Shown: one piece after another, positions 48,182 to 57,548 of the stretch
How the letters are laid out: every line of letters begins with the position of its first letter
Position numbering within the stretch: position 1 is the stretch's first letter
DNA from: a bacterium
GTDB taxonomy: Bacteria; Patescibacteriota; Microgenomatia; UBA8517
Reading direction: 5' to 3'
Length of the DNA stretch: 64,000 bases
Assembly (NCBI GenBank): GCA_021824915.1
Contig: JAKAJP010000003.1
Coordinates: 136-64,135, forward strand
Position numbers and translations under genes: made by a program
The notes under the pieces: generated by a model
Databases searched by the model: none
What the model was told of the DNA's origin: nothing
Seen by the model: the letters and a program-made list of their open reading frames with translations, nothing else

Positions 48182-48806
48182 TTTCGAAATCCCTTACAAT
48201 TTTTTCTAGATCTTCGGCGATAGTCTCGATTGAACGCTCACCATCTATTTCAACCACCTTTGAATCTTTTCTTAATTCCAAAATAAGCGGTTCTGTCTGT
48301 TTTTTATAAAGATCGAGTCGCTTTTCTATAGCCTCGGGCTTATCATCCTCCCGCTGTACCAGACCCCTAACATCTACATCTGCCGGAGGCTTGTCTGTTA
48401 TGAGGTTATATATCTTGCCCGTCTCCGGATCAATTCTCCTTGCCGACAACCTTCTCACTGTTTCCTCCTTGCTTATTTCCAAGACCAGGACCAAATCCAA
48501 TCTTACCTTCTTTTGCCTTAGCCAACTTCTTAAAAACTCATATTGAGGCAGAGTCCTCGGAAAACCATCAAAAACAACGTCGTCATAAAGATTGTTTTGA
48601 TCCAGAAAGGCTGTTAAGTACGAGGTCATCTCACGATCGGGAACAAGCTTACCCTCGGCTAACATTTTTCTTATTTCCTCATTATGTTCCGCTATTTTTC
48701 TTAGGTATGCCCCAGATTCAAAATAAAAGAAGTTAAACTTTGCAGTCAACATTCTTGCCTGAGTTCCTTTGCCTGACCCTTGCGGTCCCAACAGTAATAT
48801 ATTCAT
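48168..48806 (-). CDS. adk: adenylate kinase
   Basis: P-loop GPQGSGKGTQ and the NMP/LID architecture. Confidence 0.88.
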   Translation of the reverse strand: MNILLLGPQGSGKGTQARMLTAKFNFFYFESGAYLRKIAEHNEEIRKMLAEGKLVPDREMTSYLTAFLDQNNLYDDVVFDGFPRTLPQYEFLRSWLRQKKVRLDLVLVLEISKEETVRRLSARRIDPETGKIYNLITDKPPADVDVRGLVQREDDKPEAIEKRLDLYKKQTEPLILELRKDSKVVEIDGERSIETIAEDLEKIVRDFENGNE

Positions 48807-48810
48807 ATAC

Positions 48811-50094
48811 TTATTGTATTAAACCTTCATATCTACTCATAACCAACTCGCCCTCCATTTCACGAATGATGTCAAGGGCAACAGAAACAACAATCAATAC
48901 TCCAGTTCCCCCGATAGCTAGATTTTGGACACCGATAAAATTAGTGAAAAATGAAGGCAACACTGCTACCAGACCCAAAAATATTCCACCAACAAGCGTG
49001 ATTCTTGAGAGAACGAACGAAAGATATTTTACTGTTTCTACCCCAGGCCTTATACCCGGAACAAAACCCCCACCCTTTTGCAAATCCTCGGAAATCTTTT
49101 CGGGATTGAAGACCACTCCAGTATAAAAGTATGTAAAACCAAAAACCAAAAAGAAGTAGGCCAAGTTATAAGTAAAAGATTGGGGGTTAAAAAACGAAAC
49201 CAGGTCTCTTGCAAATGTGGCGAGTGCTTGATTTGGAACACTCCCTAAAAACTGACCCAAAAGGGACGGGAGTAGTACCAATGAAACTGCAAAAATTATT
49301 GGGATAACGCCCGCCTGATTTAACCGTAGTGGTAAATAGGACGTCTCAGCAAGTCCCGTCGTAAGTCTTCTTTTTGCATAATGTATGGGGATCTGTCTGG
49401 CCGCCTCACTCACAAAGATAATTAAGCCCACGATGGTAACAGCTATAATTAAAAACAAAGCTACTTTAAGAAAATCTTGCGATTGAACGACGGAAGCTGA
49501 CTGGCCAAAAGTTACAGGGAGTCTGGCTACAATTCCAGCGAAGATCAAAATTGATACACCATTTTTGAAACCATATTCAGTGATAAGTTCCCCCAACCAA
49601 ACAGCCAGAACTGTACCGGCAGTCATAGTAATTACTAGTGACAAGAGCGCAACGGGCGAAAGTGCACCAATGACATTCTGGCTCTTAAGGAGTGAGTACA
49701 TCCCAAAGGCCTGTAGCGCAGCCAACGGGACAGTTAAGAGACGGGTATATTGATTAATTTTTTCCTGGCCATACTCGCCCTCCTTTTGTAACTCTTCGAT
49801 GCTTGGCACGACATAACCCAAGAGCTGAAAAATAATGGAGGCATTAATATAGGGGTTAAGTCCCAATGCCATAACAGAAAAATTGGCCAAAGTTCCACCG
49901 GAAAAAACATCCAAAAGCGAAAGAAGAGGTGAACCGGCAAAAAGTGCTGCGAGAGTGCTTCTATCAATTCCAGCGGCTGGTATGTGTGCCACGAGCCGGA
50001 AAACGATCAATATAACGGCGGTAATGATTATTTTTTTTCTTACCGATGGAGTTTTAACAGCTTTAGAAAAAAAACGGGCAATTTTATCTAGCAT
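48811..50094 (-). CDS. secY: preprotein translocase subunit SecY
   Basis: Ten TM segments, 427 aa, with a conserved plug and TM2/TM7 region, in the canonical position after rplO. Confidence 0.9.
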   Translation of the reverse strand: MLDKIARFFSKAVKTPSVRKKIIITAVILIVFRLVAHIPAAGIDRSTLAALFAGSPLLSLLDVFSGGTLANFSVMALGLNPYINASIIFQLLGYVVPSIEELQKEGEYGQEKINQYTRLLTVPLAALQAFGMYSLLKSQNVIGALSPVALLSLVITMTAGTVLAVWLGELITEYGFKNGVSILIFAGIVARLPVTFGQSASVVQSQDFLKVALFLIIAVTIVGLIIFVSEAARQIPIHYAKRRLTTGLAETSYLPLRLNQAGVIPIIFAVSLVLLPSLLGQFLGSVPNQALATFARDLVSFFNPQSFTYNLAYFFLVFGFTYFYTGVVFNPEKISEDLQKGGGFVPGIRPGVETVKYLSFVLSRITLVGGIFLGLVAVLPSFFTNFIGVQNLAIGGTGVLIVVSVALDIIREMEGELVMSRYEGLIQ

Positions 50095-50350
50095 TTTTGA
50101 GCCTATACTTAGCGATTTTTTCTTTCTTTGTCAGTTTTGTATGAAACTTACCTTTTCCCCGTTGTAAAGGTAATCTTTTAATAAGCGATTTTTTCATCTT
50201 CATTCCTTCAAAAAGAACACCCACCTTACCCCTAGCTTTTTGCCCTTTCTGTCCACGGCCAACAGTGTGGCCGCCTTTGCCGCTACCACGCCCCCTACCG
50301 ACCCTTTTCTTACCTCTTGCTACGATCTTTGGCAACTTGAAATCTTTCAT
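50084..50350 (-). CDS. rplO: 50S ribosomal protein L15, short form (88 aa)
   Basis: The N-terminal uL15 region KRVGRGRGSGKGGHTVGRGQKGQKAR...RLPLQRGKGKF is present. The C-terminal domain is missing because secY starts at 50094. Confidence 0.75.
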   Translation of the reverse strand: MKDFKLPKIVARGKKRVGRGRGSGKGGHTVGRGQKGQKARGKVGVLFEGMKMKKSLIKRLPLQRGKGKFHTKLTKKEKIAKYRLKNAR

Positions 50351-50351
50351 T

Positions 50352-50849
50352 TTATTTAGTTCCTTTCCTCATTTCAGATATATAAGAAATTTTCTCCAGG
50401 GCTTTAAGTGTTGCATAGACATTCGAGATTTTGTTCTTTGTCCCCAAAATCTTTCCCGATGCATCCCTGATACCAGCCGCTTCCAAAACAACCCTCATTG
50501 GTCCTCCAGCGATAATTCCACTCCCCGCCGGTGCGGGTTTAAGCAAAACCTCAGCTGCTGAAAACTTCTCGCGCACAGAATAGGGTACTGTGGTACCGAC
50601 AAGAGGAATTTCTATTAGTCTCCTTTTTGCAGCCGCTATTGCTTTTTGTATTGCATTCCGAACATCCCCAGCCTTTTCTATTCCAACCCCAACTTTACCT
50701 TTTCTGTCCCCGACCACAACAAGAGCTGAAAACCTGACTTGATTGCCTCCTTTGGTCTTCTTACTTATTCTGTTTATTTGAACCACTGTTTCCTCAAATT
50801 CTTTAGGAGTTCTATCGTATGGTGACTCTCTGTTAAAATTTCTGGGCAT
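50352..50849 (-). CDS. rpsE: 30S ribosomal protein S5
   Basis: uS5 dsRBD and C-terminal domain (VVVGDRKGKVGVGIEKA...). Confidence 0.9.
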   Translation of the reverse strand: MPRNFNRESPYDRTPKEFEETVVQINRISKKTKGGNQVRFSALVVVGDRKGKVGVGIEKAGDVRNAIQKAIAAAKRRLIEIPLVGTTVPYSVREKFSAAEVLLKPAPAGSGIIAGGPMRVVLEAAGIRDASGKILGTKNKISNVYATLKALEKISYISEMRKGTK

Positions 50850-50852
50850 GGG

Positions 50853-51215
50853 TTAAAAATCTAAACCTCCTTTTCTTGCTCCCTCGGCAACCGCTTTCAC
50901 TCTACCATGAAATCGAGAAGCTCCTTTGTCAAAACCAACTTTCTTAATTTTTTTGCTCAATGCCTTCTTGGCAAGATCCTCTCCGACCATCTCTGCAATT
51001 TTTATTTTACCCATCTTCTCGGTAACCTTAAGACTTTTGTCGGAAGCGGCAACTAAAGTTTTTCCCATCTCGTCATCAATTATTTGGGCATAAATATGCC
51101 TAAGAGATCTAAAAACAGAGAGCCTGGGACGGGAACTATCGCCAAAAATCTTGGCTCTGACACGTCTTTTTCTTTGTATATATCTTTTGTTTTTCTTGAG
51201 TAATGAATTATTCAT
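50853..51215 (-). CDS. rplR: 50S ribosomal protein L18
   Basis: uL18 core. The C-terminal motif GRVKAVAEGARKGGLDF is present. Confidence 0.88.
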   Translation of the reverse strand: MNNSLLKKNKRYIQRKRRVRAKIFGDSSRPRLSVFRSLRHIYAQIIDDEMGKTLVAASDKSLKVTEKMGKIKIAEMVGEDLAKKALSKKIKKVGFDKGASRFHGRVKAVAEGARKGGLDF

Positions 51216-51232
51216 TTATAATCCTTTCTAGT

Positions 51233-51784
51233 TTAAGCCGCCGGGCCAGCCTTAGCTGCCGCCTTACCCGGTTTTCTTCTAATCACCTCATCAACATACT
51301 TAATTCCCTTACCTTTATAAGGTTCCGGTGGTTTGACTCCCCGAATGTTTGCAGAGACCTGACCGACAATTTCACGATTAGCTCCATCTACAGTAACAAC
51401 ATTCTTTTCAACCTTAAAACTTATGCCAGCTGGCGCTTCAATCTTAACGGGGTGCGAAAAACCAACTGTTAATGATAACGTATTTCCTATCACTTCAGCA
51501 CGAAAACCGGTTCCCACTAATTCAAGTTTCTTCTGCCAACCCGCCACCACTCCTTTAACCATATTGTTTATTAGAGACCTGTAGGTTCCGTGTAAACTCA
51601 AAGCCTGCTTCGAATCGCCCTTTCGAGTTAACTCCACTTTATTCTCATTTATTTTTACATCTATTTCCCTGGGCAACGACAATGTAAGTTCTCCTTTCGG
51701 ACCGGAAACTTTAACGCTTCTGCCGTTAATCTCTACCTTTGCTCCTTCTAAAATTGTGACTGGTAATTTTCCAATTTTACTCAT
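51233..51784 (-). CDS. rplF: 50S ribosomal protein L6
   Basis: Two-domain uL6 (MSKIGKLPVTI...). Confidence 0.9.
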   Translation of the reverse strand: MSKIGKLPVTILEGAKVEINGRSVKVSGPKGELTLSLPREIDVKINENKVELTRKGDSKQALSLHGTYRSLINNMVKGVVAGWQKKLELVGTGFRAEVIGNTLSLTVGFSHPVKIEAPAGISFKVEKNVVTVDGANREIVGQVSANIRGVKPPEPYKGKGIKYVDEVIRRKPGKAAAKAGPAA

Positions 51785-51790
51785 ATATTT

Positions 51791-52183
51791 TTACCAAATT
51801 TCTGCCAAAACCTCTCCACCTACACCAAGCTTAATTGCTTCTTTGGATGAAACTATGCCTTTTGGCGTTGAAATTACATATGAAGACGGCCCTCGGCGAG
51901 AGGTAAGCTCGGCAACTTTTATATAAACCCTTCGACCCGGTTTAGAAATTAATTTGATGTCGGATACCATCGGTCTTTTAGCCTTAAAGGTCAACATTAC
52001 TTTAAGAACGTCGTCTTTACTCTCAACCTCGTCCAAATAGCCCATTTTCTTTAAGCATTTGGCGATCTCGGCAATCTCCTTATTTTTACTTATACTTACT
52101 TCCTTATTCTTCGCGATCGCAGCATTTTTGACTCTAATGAAAAAGTCTCCCACCGAGTAGTTTGTAGTTTTATTGTTTCTCAT
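51791..52183 (-). CDS. rpsH: 30S ribosomal protein S8
   Basis: uS8 core with C-terminal GGEVLAEIW. Confidence 0.9.
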   Translation of the reverse strand: MRNNKTTNYSVGDFFIRVKNAAIAKNKEVSISKNKEIAEIAKCLKKMGYLDEVESKDDVLKVMLTFKAKRPMVSDIKLISKPGRRVYIKVAELTSRRGPSSYVISTPKGIVSSKEAIKLGVGGEVLAEIW

Positions 52184-52185
52184 TG

Positions 52186-52371
52186 TTACCAGCTTGCCTT
52201 TCTAACTCCGGGGATTTCGCCTTTCAGGGCAAACTCCCTAAAGCACAAACGGCAGAGGCCGAATTTTCTCATATAACCCCGTGAACGTCCACAAACCCTG
52301 CATCGATTACGGTAACGTATTGCATACTTTAATTTTTTGGTTTCTCTGACTTCCTTTGCTGTTGTTGCCAT
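52186..52371 (-). CDS. rpsZ: 30S ribosomal protein S14 type Z (zinc-binding)
   Basis: A 61-aa protein with the [20 protein letters not shown] zinc ribbon. Confidence 0.9.
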   Translation of the reverse strand: MATTAKEVRETKKLKYAIRYRNRCRVCGRSRGYMRKFGLCRLCFREFALKGEIPGVRKASW

Positions 52372-52373
52372 AA

Positions 52374-52928
52374 TTACTTGTTCTCCTTACTAAACGGGCA
52401 TCCCAAAAGCTCCAAAAGCCTTCTTGATTTTTCAACACTACCCCCGGCAATTACCATTGTAATCTCAAGACCATGAGGGGCAGCCGATTTGGCTAAATCT
52501 ATCTCAGGAAAAACAGTGTGCTCGACTATTCCTAGGGTATAGTTTCCTGATTTGTCAAAACCTGACGTCGGTATCCCTCTAAAATCCCTCAAACGGGGAA
52601 GGGTAATGGAAAAAAGTCTGTCCAAGAATGAATACATTTTTTCTCCTCTAAGAGTAACACTAAGTCCAACTGGCATTCCGGCACGAACGGAAAAGCTGGC
52701 GATAGAAACTCTGGCTGCCCTTATAGAAGGCATTTGTCCTGCAAGAGTCGCAAAGTCGCGTTTCAAGACATCTAGCGCCCCCTGGTTTTTGGCAATTTCA
52801 CCAACCCCCATATTTACTACAACTTTTTTAAGGACAGGTACGGCCATTTTGTTTTTAATGTCAAACTCTTTGGAAAGAACCTCTCTAACTTCTTTTTCGT
52901 ATTTTTCTCTTAGCCTATTTAACATCAA
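52374..52928 (-). CDS. rplE: 50S ribosomal protein L5
   Basis: uL5 core (..[15 protein letters not shown]..). Confidence 0.9.
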   Translation of the reverse strand: MMLNRLREKYEKEVREVLSKEFDIKNKMAVPVLKKVVVNMGVGEIAKNQGALDVLKRDFATLAGQMPSIRAARVSIASFSVRAGMPVGLSVTLRGEKMYSFLDRLFSITLPRLRDFRGIPTSGFDKSGNYTLGIVEHTVFPEIDLAKSAAPHGLEITMVIAGGSVEKSRRLLELLGCPFSKENK

Positions 52929-53229
52929 TTTCCTTTCTACACTTCTTACAAATCCTCACTTTTTCGGCACCAATCAGCTTAAAGCCAACGCGGGTAATTT
53001 TCTTACATTTTGGACAAACCAAGGCAATCTTGGAAAATGCCACAGGTCTTGGGATATCATAAATTCCACCTTTAACGTCACCAAATCCCTTTACGTGCTT
53101 TTTGTAAAGATTTGCACCCTCCAAAACCACCTTGCCTTCAGAAGGTAAAATTTTCTCTATTTTTACACTTCTACCCTTATCCTTGCCGGACATTATTTTT
53201 ACGTTATCGTTTACCTTAAATTTGATCAT
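52915..53229 (-). CDS. rplX: 50S ribosomal protein L24
   Basis: KOW motif VKIMSGKDKGRSVKI. Confidence 0.85.
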   Translation of the reverse strand: MIKFKVNDNVKIMSGKDKGRSVKIEKILPSEGKVVLEGANLYKKHVKGFGDVKGGIYDIPRPVAFSKIALVCPKCKKITRVGFKLIGAEKVRICKKCRKEIDVK

Positions 53230-53237
53230 ATTAATTC

Positions 53238-53603
53238 TTAAACAACCTCACGCGCTAAACTGGCAATTCTATTGTAACCAACCTCTTTAACTTCGCGGGC
53301 AACAGGGCCCAAAACGCGGGTACCACGAGGTAACCCTTGCTTGTCAATAACAACACCGGCATTATCATCAAACCGGACATATGTTCCATCGGCTCTACCG
53401 ACTTCTTTTCTTGTTCGTACTATAAGTACTCTAACTTTTTCATGATCAGCTACAACCCCAGCCGGGTCAGCACCCTTGACCACACAAAGAACGACATCTC
53501 CTAAAGTTGCGACTTTACCAATCCTTCCGGGAACACCAACTATCATCAAGCGTTTTGCACCACTATTATCCGCCGGAACTATCATACTTCTGAGCTGTAC
53601 CAT
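53238..53603 (-). CDS. rplN: 50S ribosomal protein L14
   Basis: MVQLRSMIVPADNSGAK N-terminus. The ATG is at 53603; the track ORF is extended upstream. Confidence 0.9.
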   Translation of the reverse strand: MVQLRSMIVPADNSGAKRLMIVGVPGRIGKVATLGDVVLCVVKGADPAGVVADHEKVRVLIVRTRKEVGRADGTYVRFDDNAGVVIDKQGLPRGTRVLGPVAREVKEVGYNRIASLAREVV

Positions 53604-53604
53604 T

Positions 53605-53862
53605 TTACTTTTTACCCCCTTCTTTAACTCTAGTCTTCTGCAAAATCTCAATAATATTCCATTTAACCGTCCTTGAATAAGGGCGACTGGCGGCAAATTT
53701 AACGCGATCTCCCAACTTTGCCCCCTTATCATCGTGGACCGAATACTTTCTCACCCTTCTAAATCGTTTCTTATAAATCGGGTGAACAAAGATATTTTCC
53801 ACAGCAACCGTCACGGTTTTGGACCGCTTCGTATTCACTACGCTGCCGGTAAAAATTTTCAT
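53605..53862 (-). CDS. rpsQ: 30S ribosomal protein S17
   Basis: uS17 OB fold (..GSVVNTKRSKTVTVAVE..). Confidence 0.88.
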   Translation of the reverse strand: MKIFTGSVVNTKRSKTVTVAVENIFVHPIYKKRFRRVRKYSVHDDKGAKLGDRVKFAASRPYSRTVKWNIIEILQKTRVKEGGKK

Positions 53863-54074
53863 TTTTGTAACCTTTCAACAATTTCTTTTTCCCTAATCAG
53901 AGTTGAAATTCTAGCAATCTCACGCCTCAAGTTAGAATACCCTCTAATATTCTTTTCCTGATGAGCCACTATTTTAGCCTTAATTTTCAAAGACTGTAAG
54001 ACTAAATCGTTGAGAGTATTTTTGAGCTCCTTAATTTCTTTTGTCTTTAGCTGACTAAAATCCTTTTTCTTCAT
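53859..54074 (-). CDS. rpmC: 50S ribosomal protein L29
   Basis: The helical uL29 (LKTKEIKELKNTLNDL). Confidence 0.85.
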   Translation of the reverse strand: MKKKDFSQLKTKEIKELKNTLNDLVLQSLKIKAKIVAHQEKNIRGYSNLRREIARISTLIREKEIVERLQK

Positions 54075-54077
54075 TTT

Positions 54078-54515
54078 TTATTCCTCCCTTGCAACCATCC
54101 TCGTGTCGACCGGCAACTTTGCCGAGGCCATGTCAAAAGCGTGTTTGACGACTTCACTACTCGCCCCCGCAATCTCAAAAAGAATTGCCCCGGGCTTTAC
54201 CACAGCAACATAAGTTGAGATATCTCCTTTACCTCCGCCCATACGTTTACCCGCCGGGCGGGCAGTAATGGGTTTATCAGGAAAAATTCTGACCCAAACC
54301 CTTCCACCCTTTTTAAGTTGATGAGTAGCAGCGCGTCTAGCCGCTTCTATCTGTGCGCTGGTTATCCAGGAAACTTCCAAGGCCTTGAGGCCAAAATCCC
54401 CATAAGCCAATTCATTGCCACGGGTGGCTAAACCACGTCGTCTTCCTCTAAACTCTTTAACAAATTTTCTCCTTTTAGGTTGTAACATTATTCTTCTCCC
54501 TTCTTGTGAATCCAA
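54078..54515 (-). CDS. rplP: 50S ribosomal protein L16
   Basis: uL16 core (MLQPKRRKFVKEFRGRRRG...). Confidence 0.9.
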   Translation of the reverse strand: MDSQEGRRIMLQPKRRKFVKEFRGRRRGLATRGNELAYGDFGLKALEVSWITSAQIEAARRAATHQLKKGGRVWVRIFPDKPITARPAGKRMGGGKGDISTYVAVVKPGAILFEIAGASSEVVKHAFDMASAKLPVDTRMVAREE

Positions 54516-55141
54516 ACTTTAACACCAACATAGCCTCTTTTGAGAAGGGCTGGCGTTTCTGCATAATCAATATCTTCTCTTAAGGTCTGTGTCGGAACGC
54601 TACCCGCCTTAAACTTCTCAACTCTATGAATTTCCGCCCCTCCAACCCGTCCACTAAGAGTAACTTTAATTCCAAGCGCCCCCGAGGCCATAACCCTCTC
54701 GATTGCTTTTTGAACAGCACGCCTATGGGGGATTCTTCTTTCCATCTCAGACACTATTCGATTTGCGACTAAATATGCCGAAAGTTCGGGATTTTTAACC
54801 TCGTTAATTCTGATGTCGACTTTCAAATCGCGGATTATTTTACCCCTAACTTTTCTGATAATGTCCAAAACATACTTTTTGACATCCTCTATTCCGGCTC
54901 CTCCTCTTCCTATTACAACCCCCGGACGACTTACTGTAATAACCAAAACTAAACTTTTAGGCAATCTTTCTATCTCTACGGATGTAATCCCGGCTAGTTT
55001 AAGACGCTCCATAAGGCCTTCCCGTATACGGATATCCTCAATTAGAAAATCTTTGAAAGTTTGACTATCGGAAAACCATCTTGACTTCCAAGGCAGAAAG
55101 CTTCCGATTCTTATTCCGACTGGATTAACTTTTTGTCCCAC
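54488..55141 (-). CDS. rpsC: 30S ribosomal protein S3
   Basis: KH domain plus C-terminal domain (MGQKVNPVGIRIG...). Confidence 0.9.
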   Translation of the reverse strand: MGQKVNPVGIRIGSFLPWKSRWFSDSQTFKDFLIEDIRIREGLMERLKLAGITSVEIERLPKSLVLVITVSRPGVVIGRGGAGIEDVKKYVLDIIRKVRGKIIRDLKVDIRINEVKNPELSAYLVANRIVSEMERRIPHRRAVQKAIERVMASGALGIKVTLSGRVGGAEIHRVEKFKAGSVPTQTLREDIDYAETPALLKRGYVGVKVWIHKKGEE

Positions 55142-55559
55142 TTTTTACTCCTTTCTTAACAACTTTCTTAACTTCAGTTTTTTCTAATTTTGCCGGTTTT
55201 GATGCCTGCTTTGACTCAATTTTCTCTCTGGTGGTTAATATTACTCTGATATGACTCATTCTCCTCTTAAATGGGTGGTAACGTCCACGACTTGCCGCCC
55301 TGCCTCTTTTAAGACGAGGTCCTTCACCAATCTGAATTTCCTTAAAGATCAAGTCCGTGTCTGCTACCCCTTGTGCTTTAGCTTGGGCAATAGCAGATTT
55401 TATAACTTTTACTAAAGGCTCTGTTGCTCTCTTTGAAACAAAGGGTAACTTCTCGGTAGCCACGACAGGAGAAAGCTTCTTGGCCATTGCTGCAACCAAC
55501 CTCAATTTTCTTGGGCTCATTACTAAATATTTTTGTACTGATTTGAATTCTTTTTGCAT
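55125..55559 (-). CDS. rplV: 50S ribosomal protein L22 with a Lys-rich C-terminal extension
   Basis: uL22 core plus an extra tail of about 30 aa, KPAKLEKTEVKKVVKKGVKSGTKS. Confidence 0.85.
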   Translation of the reverse strand: MQKEFKSVQKYLVMSPRKLRLVAAMAKKLSPVVATEKLPFVSKRATEPLVKVIKSAIAQAKAQGVADTDLIFKEIQIGEGPRLKRGRAASRGRYHPFKRRMSHIRVILTTREKIESKQASKPAKLEKTEVKKVVKKGVKSGTKS

Positions 55560-55840
55560 TAAGTTTTCTCCATCGTACGCTTGACAATTTCTCCGTGTCC
55601 CCTAAATGTTCTGGTGGGTGCAAACTCTCCCAAACGGTGACCAACCATATCTTCTGTTATAAAAACGTCAATAAATACGTGGCCATTGTGAACTTGGAAA
55701 TACTTACCCACAAAGTCGGGTGAAATTTGGGATTTCCTGCTCCAAGTCTTAATCGGAGATTCTTTAACTCCCATTCCACGCTCCACCTTCTTAACTAATA
55801 TCGGGTCAACAAACGGTCCTTTTTTGCTACTTCTTGCCAT
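55559..55840 (-). CDS. rpsS: 30S ribosomal protein S19
   Basis: [12 protein letters not shown]...[13 protein letters not shown]. Confidence 0.9.
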   Translation of the reverse strand: MARSSKKGPFVDPILVKKVERGMGVKESPIKTWSRKSQISPDFVGKYFQVHNGHVFIDVFITEDMVGHRLGEFAPTRTFRGHGEIVKRTMEKT

Positions 55841-55841
55841 A

Positions 55842-56600
55842 TTACTTAGATAGTGTTACTAACTTTGCCCCTTTCCTTCGCTGAGCTATAAGTCTATCAG
55901 AATATTTAAATTTAGCTCTGGTTTTCCCCACCGCGCTTTTTCCGTAAACAGTCTTTGGATGCTTTAATCCAACCCCACTTCTTCCTTCTCCGCCACCATG
56001 TGGGTGAGCGTGGGGGTTCATTGCGACACCACGAACCGACGGCTTAATTCCCATATGTCTTACTCTTCCCGCCTTTCCTTTAACTTCATTTTTATAATCC
56101 GGATTACCAATCTGACCAACAGTTGCCATCGCATCCGGCGCAAATCTCCTTATTTCACCAGAGGGAAGTTTGACCAAGACCCAATCTTCCTCACGTCCGA
56201 AAATTACCGCAAAACTTCCTGCACTTTTAACCATCTGTCCACCCTTTCCCGGAGTTATCTCAATATTGTGAATTTGAGTTCCTACCGGAATACCCTTCAA
56301 AGGTAAGCTATTTCCACGTTCAACCGGAGCATTAATACTAGCTACAACTTTATCTCCGGCTTTTAGCCCTAGAGGAGCCAAAATATACCTTCTTTCGCCG
56401 TCTTCATATAAGATCAAGGCAACTTCAGCATTCCTATTCGGATCATATTCTATGGCCTCTACTTTGCCCCAAACATCACTCTTCCTACGCTTAAAATCAA
56501 TCTCCCTCAAAAATCTCTTTTCGCGTCCACCCTGATGACGAACGGTGATAATTCCCGTTCTTCGTCCGGCCATATTTTTAAGAATTTTTTTCAGTTTCAT
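55842..56600 (-). CDS. rplB: 50S ribosomal protein L2 (N-terminally short)
   Basis: [10 protein letters not shown] and C-terminal HPHGGGEGR motifs. Only 252 aa. Confidence 0.9.
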   Translation of the reverse strand: MKLKKILKNMAGRRTGIITVRHQGGREKRFLREIDFKRRKSDVWGKVEAIEYDPNRNAEVALILYEDGERRYILAPLGLKAGDKVVASINAPVERGNSLPLKGIPVGTQIHNIEITPGKGGQMVKSAGSFAVIFGREEDWVLVKLPSGEIRRFAPDAMATVGQIGNPDYKNEVKGKAGRVRHMGIKPSVRGVAMNPHAHPHGGGEGRSGVGLKHPKTVYGKSAVGKTRAKFKYSDRLIAQRRKGAKLVTLSK

Positions 56601-56614
56601 AATAATTTTTTTCC

Positions 56615-56893
56615 TTATTTTTTCTTCTCCTCAAACACGTCCAACTTTTCGCCTTCGGCAATTGTAACTATAGCTTTTTTGCTTGCCCTAACCCAAACTT
56701 TTTGGCCTCTCAGATTCCTCTTCGATTCCCCAACGTTTTTTATCGTCCTCACTTCTTTGGCGTGAACTCCAAAGATTTTCAAAAGTTCCGCTCTAACCTG
56801 ATTTTTTGTTGCCTTAACATCAACGGCAAAAGTATATTTGCCTTGCTTGGCGAAACCCGTGCTCTTTTCGGTAAAGACTGGTACTAGTTTCAT
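56615..56893 (-). CDS. rplW: 50S ribosomal protein L23
   Basis: uL23 core (..KYTFAVDVKATKNQVRAELLKIFG..). Confidence 0.85.
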   Translation of the reverse strand: MKLVPVFTEKSTGFAKQGKYTFAVDVKATKNQVRAELLKIFGVHAKEVRTIKNVGESKRNLRGQKVWVRASKKAIVTIAEGEKLDVFEEKKK

Positions 56894-57546
56894 TTTTTGG
56901 TCGCCTTTCTAACTTTTTTGGTAGCAGGTTTGGCCTTAACCTCAACTTTCTTGGTCTCAAAAAGGTTTCCATCAAGTATCAAAACGCCGCCCCTAAAAAG
57001 ATCTAGCGCGTTAGCACTTTTATAAAAAATAACATCTGCATTATCCAAATTCTTCAAGGCTCTCTTAGCTCCCACGCTTTTGTCTGAAAGCAAAAAAGTA
57101 CATCTTTTGTTCCCAACCACTTTCAATAAAGGCAGGATATCCTTTGTTTTGATAACTTTCTCAAGACCGCTTGCGGTAACCACTTCCCCAAGGCCAGCCT
57201 TAAGCGACAAAACAGAATTTCTGCTCGCAACTCTCAGCCTTTTTGGAAGACTTAACTCTCTTTCTTCGACTTTTGGACCATGGGCAATTCCACCTCCGAC
57301 AAAAATCGGGGCACGACGGCTGCCATGTCTTGCTCCACCGGTTCCTTTTTGTTTGTAAAGCTTCTTTTTGGTGCGATTTATTTCAGCCCTAGTTTTAACT
57401 TTTGAAAGACCTGTATGCCCCCTTGCCTCAAAAACACGCAGAGCCTGGGCAATCAAACTTGCATTGACTTTCTCACCAAATTCTTTTGGAAGGGTAAAGT
57501 CCGGCTGAATGATTCCCTTTATTGTGTAAGCTTTTACTTTTGCCAT
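56890..57546 (-). CDS. rplD: 50S ribosomal protein L4
   Basis: uL4 core (..GTGGARHGSRRAPIFVGGG..). Confidence 0.88.
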   Translation of the reverse strand: MAKVKAYTIKGIIQPDFTLPKEFGEKVNASLIAQALRVFEARGHTGLSKVKTRAEINRTKKKLYKQKGTGGARHGSRRAPIFVGGGIAHGPKVEERELSLPKRLRVASRNSVLSLKAGLGEVVTASGLEKVIKTKDILPLLKVVGNKRCTFLLSDKSVGAKRALKNLDNADVIFYKSANALDLFRGGVLILDGNLFETKKVEVKAKPATKKVRKATKK

Positions 57547-57548
57547 TT

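Noticed and set aside
50084-50350. rplO as a frameshifted pseudogene
   Set aside because: secY begins 10 nt inside the rplO 3' end with a canonical N-terminus, and no alternative frame downstream encodes uL15 C-domain-like sequence. A genuine short uL15 is the simpler explanation, although an assembly error cannot be excluded from this window alone.
52552-53148. A 198-aa plus-strand ORF antisense to rplE/rplX (similar antisense ORFs occur at 20721-21140, 45085-45507, 30503-30901 and 43926-44330)
   Set aside because: These are antisense frames inside highly conserved ribosomal or housekeeping genes. They have low-complexity composition and no RBS, so I regard them as spurious.
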